Source: Staphylococcus epidermidis
GTDB taxonomy: Bacteria; Bacillota_I; Bacilli_A; RFN20; CAG-826
Direction: 5' to 3'
DNA: 64,000 nt
Assembly: GCA_945870555.1 (NCBI GenBank)
Contig: CAMBSI010000002.1
Coordinates: forward strand, 14,486-78,485
The position numbers were made by a program, and so were the translations under genes. Within the stretch, counting starts at the first letter, position 1, and the number at the start of each line of letters is the position of its first letter. Below the pieces are notes generated by a model that was not told the DNA's origin, searched no databases, and saw only the letters and a list, made by a program, of their open reading frames with translations. Below are positions 20,180 through 28,104 of the stretch, one piece after another.

Positions 20180-21482
20180 AGGAATTGTAGCTATTGTTGG
20201 GGCACCTAACGTTGGAAAGTCCACACTTTTTAATCGGATTATTGGTAAACGACAAGCCATCACCGACGATACACCTGGGTTAACCCGTGATCGGATTTAT
20301 GCGGAAGCAGAATGGCTAACCGTTTCCTTTCGATTGATTGATACCGGTGGAATTGAAGTCACCAAAAGACCGTTACAAGAACAAATCCGTATGCAAGCCA
20401 CGATTGCGATTCAAGAAGCAGATGTGATTATTCATGTTTTGGATGGCCGAAAAGGAATTGTATCCGATGACCAATTGGTTTCTTCCATTTTACATAAATC
20501 AGGCAAACCCATCATTCTTGCAGTCAATAAAATTGATGATGGTCAATTACTCGTTGATATCAATGATTATTATCGTTTAGGCATCGGTAATCCGATTCCA
20601 ATTTCCACCTTACACGGAATTGGTGTAGGTGATTTGTTGGATGCCGTGGTCAAATACTTACCAAAGAATAAAGAGATTCCAAGTTATGCGGGTTACATGC
20701 AGTTTGCGGTGGTAGGAAGACCGAATGTAGGTAAATCAAGTTTAGTGAATGCAATCCTTCAAGAAGAACGCGTCATTGTTTCCCCGATTGAAGGAACCAC
20801 GCGAGATGCGATTGATACAACTTTTCAATTTGAAGGAACAGATTTTGTGATGATAGACACCGCGGGATTAAAAAAGCGTGGTGCGATTTTTGAATCGATT
20901 GACAAATATTCTGCCATCCGCTCCCTTCGTGCAATTGAAAGAGCGCAAGTCGTGGTTGTGGTTATTAACGCTGATGATGGATTGATTGAACAAGATAAAC
21001 ATATTGTGGGCTTTGCTTTTCAAGCTTACAAAGGAATGGTCTTAGTTGTCAATAAATGGGATCTTGCAAAAAAAGGTGATCGTGACATGCACCAATATAC
21101 AAAAAAACTAAGATTAATCATGCCATTTCTCGAGTTTGTTCCTATCCTTTATACCTCCGCACTTAAAAAAACTCGCTTAGATGAACTCATTCGAACCGTG
21201 AAACAAGTTTATGAAGCAACACAAAGACGGGTACCTACTGCAAGGCTTAATGAACTTCTTGTCGATGCTCAATTAATGAACCAAACCCCAGAATTTAACG
21301 GGGGAAGGTTAAGAATTTATTATGGAGAACAAGTTAGTCAAAATCCTCCGACGTTTATCCTGTTTTGTAACAAGCCTACTTACATGCATTTTTCATATGA
21401 ACGTTTCTTGGAAAATCGTTTAAGGGAAAGTTTTGATTTTACGGGGACTCCGGTTAAAATCATCTCAAGAGAAAGAAAATGA
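20172..21482 (+). CDS. der: Ribosome-biogenesis GTPase Der (EngA)
   Basis: Two GTPase domains (GAPNVGKST and GRPNVGKSS) plus a KH-like C-terminus. ATG 20172 chosen; the track begins at TTG 20160. Confidence 0.93.
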   Translation: MVRGIVAIVGAPNVGKSTLFNRIIGKRQAITDDTPGLTRDRIYAEAEWLTVSFRLIDTGGIEVTKRPLQEQIRMQATIAIQEADVIIHVLDGRKGIVSDDQLVSSILHKSGKPIILAVNKIDDGQLLVDINDYYRLGIGNPIPISTLHGIGVGDLLDAVVKYLPKNKEIPSYAGYMQFAVVGRPNVGKSSLVNAILQEERVIVSPIEGTTRDAIDTTFQFEGTDFVMIDTAGLKKRGAIFESIDKYSAIRSLRAIERAQVVVVVINADDGLIEQDKHIVGFAFQAYKGMVLVVNKWDLAKKGDRDMHQYTKKLRLIMPFLEFVPILYTSALKKTRLDELIRTVKQVYEATQRRVPTARLNELLVDAQLMNQTPEFNGGRLRIYYGEQVSQNPPTFILFCNKPTYMHFSYERFLENRLRESFDFTGTPVKIISRERK

Positions 21483-22483
21483 AAGATAACATTACCATTT
21501 TAGGTGCTGGTTCCTGGGGAACCGCTTTAGCGCAAGTGCTTGCAGATAATGGCAATACAATTAATTTGTATGCAAAAGATTCAAAAGTTGCTGATGAGAT
21601 TAATCGATTTCACACCAACTCAAAATATTTTGATAAAACACTAATCCTACCGAATTCCGTTAAAGCTTTTGATAATCTCAAGCTCGCTTTACAAGATGCG
21701 ACCATGGTTTTAATTTGTGTTCCTTCTCATGCAGTTCGCCAATTATTATTAGATTTTCTTCCTTTGATTCAACAAAAAATTATCATTATCAACACGGCCA
21801 AAGGTTTTGATCCCATCACCAATAATCGACTTTCTGAAACCATCCGGACGTTAATTCCAAGAAAATTACTTCAAGGGGTTGTCAGTTTAATTGGTCCATC
21901 TCATGCAGAAGAAGTGATCGAAAGACAATTAACGCTTGTCTCGGCTGTGTCAAAACAAGTCGTCCTTGCTGAAAAAATTTCCCAATTATTTTCCAATGAA
22001 TATTTCCGAGTTTATGTTCAAACCGATGAAATTGGTTCTGAGGTTGGATCTGCATTAAAGAATGTAATTGCAATTGCAAGTGGTGTTGTCACTGGATTAA
22101 AGCTTGGAGATAATGCCCGCGCAGCGTTGGTGACAAGAGGCTTAACGGAACTGATGCGATTAGGAAAAGTCCTTGGTGGAAAATTAAAAACCCATGCAGG
22201 TTTAACTGGATTAGGAGATCTCATCGTGACATGCTACTCACAACATTCACGGAACTATCAAGCAGGCATTGTGATTGGTTCACATGATGGTGCGGACGTT
22301 TTTTTTAAAACCAACAAAGAAACGGTTGAAGGTGTTGCATTCGCTAAAATCGCACATCAACTCGCTAAGAGATATCGATTGAAACTACCGATCATTGAAG
22401 CAGTTTATGCCGTATTATACGAGAAAAAAAAGCCATCTGATGCTGTCAAAACATTAATGAATCGTCCACTAAAAGTTGAGTAA
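21479..22483 (+). CDS. gpsA: NAD(P)H-dependent glycerol-3-phosphate dehydrogenase
   Basis: 334 aa with ILGAGSWGTALA Rossmann motif and typical GpsA sequence. Confidence 0.93.
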   Translation: MKDNITILGAGSWGTALAQVLADNGNTINLYAKDSKVADEINRFHTNSKYFDKTLILPNSVKAFDNLKLALQDATMVLICVPSHAVRQLLLDFLPLIQQKIIIINTAKGFDPITNNRLSETIRTLIPRKLLQGVVSLIGPSHAEEVIERQLTLVSAVSKQVVLAEKISQLFSNEYFRVYVQTDEIGSEVGSALKNVIAIASGVVTGLKLGDNARAALVTRGLTELMRLGKVLGGKLKTHAGLTGLGDLIVTCYSQHSRNYQAGIVIGSHDGADVFFKTNKETVEGVAFAKIAHQLAKRYRLKLPIIEAVYAVLYEKKKPSDAVKTLMNRPLKVE

Positions 22484-22512
22484 AGAAACGAATTCTTGAT
22501 CTTGTCAAGGAT

Positions 22513-22540
22513 TTTACAATTTCACCCAAATGAATATTAG
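22513..22540 (+). promoter_or_regulatory. Candidate promoter for hup
   Basis: TTTACA (22513-22518), a 16-nt spacer, then TATTAG (22535-22540). Confidence 0.35.
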
Positions 22541-22596
22541 TTGCATTCTTTTCGGTCCTATGCTACTTTAATCGCAGAAAGATCTAGGAGGAATAT

Positions 22597-22869
22597 ATGA
22601 ACAAAGTAGATCTAGTCGAAGTCGTCGCCAAGGAAACCGGACACAGCAAGAAAGATGCTGACAAGGTTCTCGAAGTCGTCTTAGGTGCTTTAACCAAAGC
22701 CTTAAGCAAAGGCCAACCAGTTAAATTAGCTGGATTCGGCGCATTCACCGTTCGCAATCGTAAGGCCCGCATTGGTGTCAAACCAGGAACCACTGAAAAA
22801 ATCAAGATTCCTGCAACCAAAGTTGTTGGTTTCAAAGCCAGCAAGACCTTAAAAGAAAAAGTTCGCTAA
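22597..22869 (+). CDS. hup: Nucleoid-associated DNA-binding protein HU
   Basis: 90 aa with a canonical HU sequence (GFGAFTVRNRKARIGVKPGT). aggagg RBS. Confidence 0.95.
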   Translation: MNKVDLVEVVAKETGHSKKDADKVLEVVLGALTKALSKGQPVKLAGFGAFTVRNRKARIGVKPGTTEKIKIPATKVVGFKASKTLKEKVR

Positions 22870-22890
22870 ACTTTCGTTAGCAAACTTCAA

Positions 22891-22922
22891 GAGATAGATG
22901 TTCACGCATCTATCTCTTTTTT
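22891..22922 (+). terminator. Rho-independent terminator after hup
   Basis: Perfect 10-bp stem gagatagatg / catctatctc with a 6-nt loop, then TTTTTT. Confidence 0.85.
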
Positions 22923-22936
22923 ATTTCATAGAGGGT

Positions 22937-22945
22937 TGCTATCAT
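22937..22945 (+). promoter_or_regulatory. Extended -10 (TGcTATCAT) placed 6 nt before the cca ATG (leaderless geometry)
   Basis: tgctatcat at 22937-22945, then aaagac, then ATG 22952. No SD. Confidence 0.4.
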
Positions 22946-22951
22946 AAAGAC

Positions 22952-23614
22952 ATGAATCTCAATCCCTTTCTAAACCTTGCTAAAAAATTTCGCGATCATG
23001 GATATCAATTGTGGATGGTCGGTGGTACGAGCCGTGATTATTTATTGGGAATACCAATTCTTGATTTTGATTTAACCACGGATGCATTACCAACCCAAAT
23101 GCAAACGTTCATGCCGCAAGCGAATTTCCGGTTTGCACATTATGGGACGGTGCAACTGGTTGAAGAAGGTTACAAAATCGATATCACCACGTTAAGGCAA
23201 GAGTCCCTTTATCAAGATAAACGTCATCCTCAATCTATCCAATTTGTGAAAGAACCGATTTTGGATTATTCGCGTCGGGATTTAACCATCAATGCGATTT
23301 ATATTGATTCAACATTGAAAGTGCTAGATTTTGTTCAAGGGCAGCAAGACCTTCACCATAAAGTTCTTCGCATGATTGGTGACCCATTCTTACGTTTACA
23401 AGAAGATCCATTAAGAATTCTCCGCGTGATTCGATTTCAACATCGTTTAGGCTTCAAGCAAGATTCCATTTTGGAAAACGCAATTAATCAAAGCATCCCT
23501 TTACTTGATTATTTAAAACCGCAAAAAGTAACGCAAGAAATAAAGAAAATGATGCAAGATAGACCGTATGAAGCAAAACTTTTATTATCGTCTTATGGCA
23601 TTGACGCTGATTAA
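22952..23614 (+). CDS. cca: Class II tRNA nucleotidyltransferase (CCA-adding family), head+neck only (~220 aa)
   Basis: Motifs GGTSRD, DFDLTT, RRDLTINA, DL..KVLRMIG and EDPLRILRVIRF are present. The ORF ends ~50 aa after motif D. The track's longer start overlaps the hup terminator. Confidence 0.7.
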   Translation: MNLNPFLNLAKKFRDHGYQLWMVGGTSRDYLLGIPILDFDLTTDALPTQMQTFMPQANFRFAHYGTVQLVEEGYKIDITTLRQESLYQDKRHPQSIQFVKEPILDYSRRDLTINAIYIDSTLKVLDFVQGQQDLHHKVLRMIGDPFLRLQEDPLRILRVIRFQHRLGFKQDSILENAINQSIPLLDYLKPQKVTQEIKKMMQDRPYEAKLLLSSYGIDAD

Positions 23615-23623
23615 ATCTTTCTT

Positions 23624-23632
23624 TGATATAAT
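23624..23632 (+). promoter_or_regulatory. Extended -10 (TGaTATAAT) placed 6 nt before the dnaD ATG (leaderless geometry)
   Basis: tgatataat at 23624-23632, then aacgaa, then ATG 23639. No SD. Confidence 0.45.
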
Positions 23633-23638
23633 AACGAA

Positions 23639-24289
23639 ATGATGGATATGCTTCACGAAGCCGTGGACTTAAAATATTTACTGCTCGAACATTACAAAAC
23701 CCTTGGTTTTCAAGAAAAGCATGTGATGGTGATTTTGATGATCGATCAATTGATTAAGCAAAACAACCATTTAATCACCGCAGAACTATTGAGTTTAAAA
23801 ATGACTTTACCTTTAGAGGAGATTGATGCAGTCATGGTAGATTTACTCAATCGCCAATGGATTGAATTTACGACACTTGATGGCAAAACGTTTACTTCAT
23901 TAAAACCGATTAAGCAGCTTCTATATAAACGTTTTCAACAACAAGTCATTCAACAAACCCAAGAATTAAACCTCAACGATCAATCCTCTATCTTTCAATC
24001 CATCGAACAAGCATTTGGACGTACGCTTTCACCTTTAGAAATCTCTAGAATTCAGGATTGGTTAGGATTTGGATATACCCAAGTGATGATTCAAGCAAGT
24101 TTACAAGACGCGATTTCAAAACAAAAAAAATCAATTCGGCATATGGATAAGTACCTACAAAAACAAACCCTTAAAGATAATTTTGCAAATGAAGGAACCC
24201 CACTCGCTGGTCAACCCACACAAAACCTTCAACAAACATTGACTCAAATCAATCAACAATTTGACAATGGACATAAGCCAAAAAAATAG
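23639..24289 (+). CDS. dnaD: Replication initiation / primosome protein DnaD
   Basis: 216 aa with an N-terminal winged-helix-like region and a C-terminal DnaD/DnaB_2 repeat (SPLEISRIQDWLGFGYTQVMIQASLQDAI). Confidence 0.8.
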   Translation: MMDMLHEAVDLKYLLLEHYKTLGFQEKHVMVILMIDQLIKQNNHLITAELLSLKMTLPLEEIDAVMVDLLNRQWIEFTTLDGKTFTSLKPIKQLLYKRFQQQVIQQTQELNLNDQSSIFQSIEQAFGRTLSPLEISRIQDWLGFGYTQVMIQASLQDAISKQKKSIRHMDKYLQKQTLKDNFANEGTPLAGQPTQNLQQTLTQINQQFDNGHKPKK

Positions 24290-24908
24290 GATTCTCGATT
24301 TTCTTGATCGAACTTATCCTGATGCAGGTTGTGAACTTTGGTATCAAAAAGATTACCATCTCTTGATCGCGGTTGTTTTATCTGCACAAACCACGGATAT
24401 TTCCGTCAACCAAGTGACGCCAGTGTTATTCAAAAAATTTCCTCGCTTAGAGGATTTAGCAAATGCACAAATTCGGCAAATTGAAAAAGTGATTCAACGT
24501 ATTGGGTTGTTTCATACCAAGGCAAAACATATCCAGGCGATTGCCAAAACACTGATTGAAAAGCACGGAGGGAAAGTTCCTTCAGATAAACAAACTCTCA
24601 TGCAGTTACCAGGAGTTGGCGTCAAAACGGCAAATGTCGTTAGAGCAGAATGGTTTCATATTCCAGAAATCGCGGTGGATACACATGTCCATCGGATTGC
24701 AAGGCGATTAGGGTTTACGAAAGCTAATGACGATGTGACAGTGACTGAAAAAAAGTTAAGATTAGCGATTTCGAGTGAACGTTACATTAAACTTCATCAC
24801 CAGTTCATTCATTTTGGTCGGTATCATTGTAAAGCGAAAAAACCGCATTGTGAACAATGTCCGATGCTTGATTTATGCAAAGAACCAAAAAAGAATTTAA
24901 AAGAATAA
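24267..24908 (+). CDS. nth: Endonuclease III (DNA glycosylase/AP lyase)
   Basis: HhH-GPD motif (LMQLPGVGVKTANVV), catalytic D, and 4Fe-4S cluster loop CKAKKPHCEQCPMLDLC. Confidence 0.92.
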   Translation: MDISQKNRILDFLDRTYPDAGCELWYQKDYHLLIAVVLSAQTTDISVNQVTPVLFKKFPRLEDLANAQIRQIEKVIQRIGLFHTKAKHIQAIAKTLIEKHGGKVPSDKQTLMQLPGVGVKTANVVRAEWFHIPEIAVDTHVHRIARRLGFTKANDDVTVTEKKLRLAISSERYIKLHHQFIHFGRYHCKAKKPHCEQCPMLDLCKEPKKNLKE

Positions 24909-25484
24909 TCGATCGACCGCAGACAAATAATCTAATCTAGGTTGATATTGAACTGAAACCAACGCTCCCTTTGCTTGAATCCATGCATATGGTAAAGATT
25001 TCCGATTTTCTTTGCTCGTAAAATTTAAAAAATCTTCAGCTTTTATAACAAATACCTCATCGCGCTTGTTAAATGAGATGAGTAAAAAGGCTATCCCACC
25101 TTGGTTGACTATTTTTTCTAAATGCTTACGTTGGTGGATGGTAATGTTTGCGATGGGTAAAGATGACATGGAGAGTGTTGATTTTGCTTCGAAATCAAGA
25201 TACTTGCCTCGATAAATGCCATTATAGTCAGTGGTCGATTGCTTTTCAAAATAAGCATGGGTGATCTTTGCTCCGGATTGGTAATCTACTTTCACCACAT
25301 TAATTGGGGTTGGTCTTTTTGTAATGACGGCTTTATCTTGATCCAAATAGTATTGATTCGATACATTGATATCGTGCTCAAATGTCATCCCCCGATTTTT
25401 AAATGAATTTTGGCTAAGGTTTTTTAATGGTTTATTTTTTTTATGAGTTGGTTTTTTCCCAATCCCACCTGGATAACGAATCAT
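24897..25484 (-). CDS. recU: Holliday junction resolvase RecU
   Basis: 195 aa with NRGMTFEHDIN...VDY...DFEAKST motifs. Its 3' end overlaps the nth 3' end convergently by 12 nt. Confidence 0.88.
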   Translation of the reverse strand: MIRYPGGIGKKPTHKKNKPLKNLSQNSFKNRGMTFEHDINVSNQYYLDQDKAVITKRPTPINVVKVDYQSGAKITHAYFEKQSTTDYNGIYRGKYLDFEAKSTLSMSSLPIANITIHQRKHLEKIVNQGGIAFLLISFNKRDEVFVIKAEDFLNFTSKENRKSLPYAWIQAKGALVSVQYQPRLDYLSAVDRLFF

Positions 25485-26206
25485 CCTAAATAATCCTTTA
25501 CGACTTGAAGAAGATCTTTTTTCTCCACCACTTTGTCATCAAGTAATTGTTGAATGATGATTTTAACCGGTTCAGGAAGATGGCGGAATTGTTTAAAAAC
25601 CTTTAAATACTCACTCATGATCGTTTCCTTATTTTCTAGAACACGGCGATACAATAACATAAGGTTTTTTGCGTCGTCCAAAGGTTGATGGTGCTCACCT
25701 TGAAACTGCTCCTTAAATACTAATAGGTTGTTAATTAAGGATAAAGGGTTGCCGTTTTGATCTTTGATAAATTCACTTAAAAACATCGAGTAATCAATCA
25801 AATTACCGGTAACTGTTTTTACGGTGGTTTCCAACGCGTCAGGAGAATGGTGGAATGATTGATGGAGAATGCGAGCGTCGTGATTTCCAAAGACAATAAA
25901 AGCAGCCTTTTTAAAGTTTTTTCCAAGGTAATTTCGCAACAGCATCATTGCCTTTGCAAAACTAATCCCTTTGTCGACAACGTCTACCTCAGTAATTTTT
26001 GTTAATTGGGTAACAAATTTGCCCACTTCTTTTTTCGGGCGAACGATATGGTGAATGCCTTTGTATGTTTTTTTAATCGTGAGATCATCATTGATTTCAG
26101 CCTTGATTGCTGCAATAGCAATAAGTTCATGGGATTGTTGGGTCCCTTCTAAATCAAGAAAAACGAGGGTTCGTCGATGACCGATTAAGCGAGCGAGTTT
26201 TTTCAT
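25481..26206 (-). CDS. DEDDh-type 3'-5' exonuclease domain protein
   Basis: 241 aa with Exo I FLDLEGT, Exo II FGNHDARIL and Exo III HHQPLDDAKN. Stop overlaps the recU ATG (ATGA). Confidence 0.6.
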   Translation of the reverse strand: MKKLARLIGHRRTLVFLDLEGTQQSHELIAIAAIKAEINDDLTIKKTYKGIHHIVRPKKEVGKFVTQLTKITEVDVVDKGISFAKAMMLLRNYLGKNFKKAAFIVFGNHDARILHQSFHHSPDALETTVKTVTGNLIDYSMFLSEFIKDQNGNPLSLINNLLVFKEQFQGEHHQPLDDAKNLMLLYRRVLENKETIMSEYLKVFKQFRHLPEPVKIIIQQLLDDKVVEKKDLLQVVKDYLG

Positions 26207-26217
26207 AGAACGTTACT

Positions 26218-26226
26218 ATTATAACA
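26218..26226 (-). promoter_or_regulatory. Extended -10 (TGtTATAAT) for the exonuclease-recU operon
   Basis: The minus strand reads gtgagTGtTATAAT, then 11 nt, then ATG 26206. The leader would be ~5 nt, with no SD. Confidence 0.4.
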
Positions 26227-26265
26227 CTCACTTTTTAGTTGAATCATTTATAATAAAACCAATCT

Positions 26266-26628
26266 ATGAAAAAAAATCTCACCTCGGAACTGATCCTTAA
26301 GAAAAAATTTAGTCCAGATATGAAAGGTTACAATGGCCATGAAGTTGATTCTTTTTTGGACCAAATATTAGAAGATTATCGGCAAATTGAAACATTTATT
26401 AAGTTAGAACTCCCTCGACTGAATAATCAAGAACAACTCGTTCAAAGTTTAAAAAAGCGGATTTCAGATTTAGAAATACAAGTTGCAGACATGAAAGATA
26501 AAGTGAGTGTGATCAACGCGAATAAAACAGTGGAAATCAATCAAGACAACTTTTTACTTGTTAAAAAGCTTGGCATTTACGAAAAAGAACTATTTAAACT
26601 CGGGATTGACCCAAATAAGTTAAAATAA
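26266..26628 (+). CDS. gpsB: GpsB/DivIVA-domain protein
   Basis: 120 aa. N-terminal DivIVA motif KKFSPDMKGYNGHEVDSFLDQILEDY followed by a coiled coil. TATAAT at 26249-26254 lies 11 nt upstream. Confidence 0.75.
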   Translation: MKKNLTSELILKKKFSPDMKGYNGHEVDSFLDQILEDYRQIETFIKLELPRLNNQEQLVQSLKKRISDLEIQVADMKDKVSVINANKTVEINQDNFLLVKKLGIYEKELFKLGIDPNKLK

Positions 26629-26629
26629 G

Positions 26630-26968
26630 ATTGGTAACCCGGATGATCGCTAAGGTAACTTAGAGGAAAGTCCATGCTCGCACGGGCTGTGATGCCCGTA
26701 CTGTTTGTGCTAACGCAACAAATAACGTTAGGCATATGGCAACATATGACGGCGGTCCCTCCCCTTACCGTAAGGTTGGGCGATACCTGAAAGTGCCACA
26801 GTGACGAAGTTAGTTGGAAACGACTAGGTGCAACGAGGCAAACCCCACAAGCGAGAAACCCAAATTTGGTCGGGGAAGGAGGAACCACTAACCGAAGTGG
26901 AACCTTCCTATCGCAAGATAGAGATAAATGGTCATCGATTACAGAACATGGCTTACAGGGTTACCAGA
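26630..26968 (+). ncRNA. rnpB: RNase P RNA, type B (Bacillus-type)
   Basis: GAGGAAAGTCC at 26663-26673; CCTGAAAGTGCCACAGTGACGAAG; GCGAGAAACCCAAATTTGGT; ACAGAACATGGCTTACAG near the 3' end. P1 pairing is tggtaaccc (26632-26640) with gggttacca (26958-26966). Closely parallels B. subtilis rnpB as I recall it. Confidence 0.93.
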
Positions 26969-26979
26969 AAAAAAGCATT

Positions 26980-27597
26980 ATGAATTTACCCAATCGCATT
27001 ACCGTTGCCCGTTTGATGATTGTTTTACTCATGATTGGCGTTCTCTTATTTCCTTATGAAAACGTTTCAAATATCAATTTAGGGACCACTTTTATTCCAT
27101 TACCCTATTTTGTTGCATTGATCTTATTTGTCATCGCCTCTTTCACTGATTTCTTAGATGGTTACCTTGCAAGAAAACTTAATCTAATTACCGACTTTGG
27201 AAAATTTCTTGACCCATTCGCTGATAAAGTGTTAACGAATAGTGCATTCATCTTACTGATGACAACTCCAAATTGGATTGACATTGAAGTCATCCGTGTT
27301 CCTTCTTGGATTGTGATCATTATGATTATTCGTGATTTAGCGGTCGATGGGATTCGGATGATTGGTGTTTCGCAAGGTAAAGTGATAGCGGCTAGCAAAA
27401 TCGGAAAATTAAAAACGGTTATTCAAATTATTGCCATCATTCTTGTCTTTTTAAATGATTGGCCTTTTGCAGCATTGAATTTAACTTCAGGATTGACGGT
27501 TACAGATTTCTCACTTTATATTGCGGCTTTGATTGCCTTCCTTTCATTAATCACGTACCTTTATGACAATCGTGGAATTTTTAATTCACATGAATAA
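26980..27597 (+). CDS. pgsA: CDP-diacylglycerol--glycerol-3-phosphate 3-phosphatidyltransferase
   Basis: Start at ATG 26980 (MNLPNRITVARL...). CDP-alcohol phosphatidyltransferase motif DFLDGYLARK...G.FLDPFADK. The track's N-terminal extension lies over rnpB. Confidence 0.88.
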   Translation: MNLPNRITVARLMIVLLMIGVLLFPYENVSNINLGTTFIPLPYFVALILFVIASFTDFLDGYLARKLNLITDFGKFLDPFADKVLTNSAFILLMTTPNWIDIEVIRVPSWIVIIMIIRDLAVDGIRMIGVSQGKVIAASKIGKLKTVIQIIAIILVFLNDWPFAALNLTSGLTVTDFSLYIAALIAFLSLITYLYDNRGIFNSHE

Positions 27598-28069
27598 GTT
27601 AATCCAAACCATCATTGACCAAAAGCTAACGATTCAAACCATCGAAAGTTTTACAGGTGGCAGTCTTGCGCATCACTTCATCAAACACTCGGGCGCTTCA
27701 AGATGGTTTAAACAAGGCTTGGTTTTATATCAACTCGAAGCAAAAGCTAATTTTTTAGGTATCACGATGGAGGCCATGCGCAAAATAGATCCCGTCTCTG
27801 AGGTATTAGTGAAACGCTCTTTAAACAAGGCACTTTTGAATGATCCCAACACCATTGTGATCATGACAACAGGTAACGCCGGGCCATCAACCCAAGGTCA
27901 ACATCCCATTGGTGATTTTTATATTGGCATTAGTGATGGAAAGCATGAACATATTCAATTGGGTCAGGCAAAAGGTTCAAGGATAAAGATTCAACAAGCG
28001 GGTTTAAAGATGGCAATACAAATGTTAAAGGACTTTATAAGCACCTATTATAGTGTGTCCACTAAATAG
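27590..28069 (+). CDS. pncC: CinA C-terminal domain protein (nicotinamide-nucleotide amidohydrolase PncC-like)
   Basis: ~159 aa with the ESFTGGSLA motif. Only the CinA C-terminal domain is present. Confidence 0.8.
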   Translation: MNKLIQTIIDQKLTIQTIESFTGGSLAHHFIKHSGASRWFKQGLVLYQLEAKANFLGITMEAMRKIDPVSEVLVKRSLNKALLNDPNTIVIMTTGNAGPSTQGQHPIGDFYIGISDGKHEHIQLGQAKGSRIKIQQAGLKMAIQMLKDFISTYYSVSTK

Positions 28070-28104
28070 TTGTTATAGTATAAAGGACAAAAAAGGATAA
28101 GGTT

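Noticed and set aside
22484-22512. Weak hairpin cttga-tcttg-tcaag after gpsA as a terminator
   Set aside because: It has only a 5-bp stem and a poor T tract, so it was not reported as a feature.
26577-26979. Track ORFs 26577-26888 (-) and the first 38 codons of 26866-27597 (+)
   Set aside because: They lie on the RNase P RNA gene (rnpB, 26630-26968). pgsA starts convincingly at ATG 26980.
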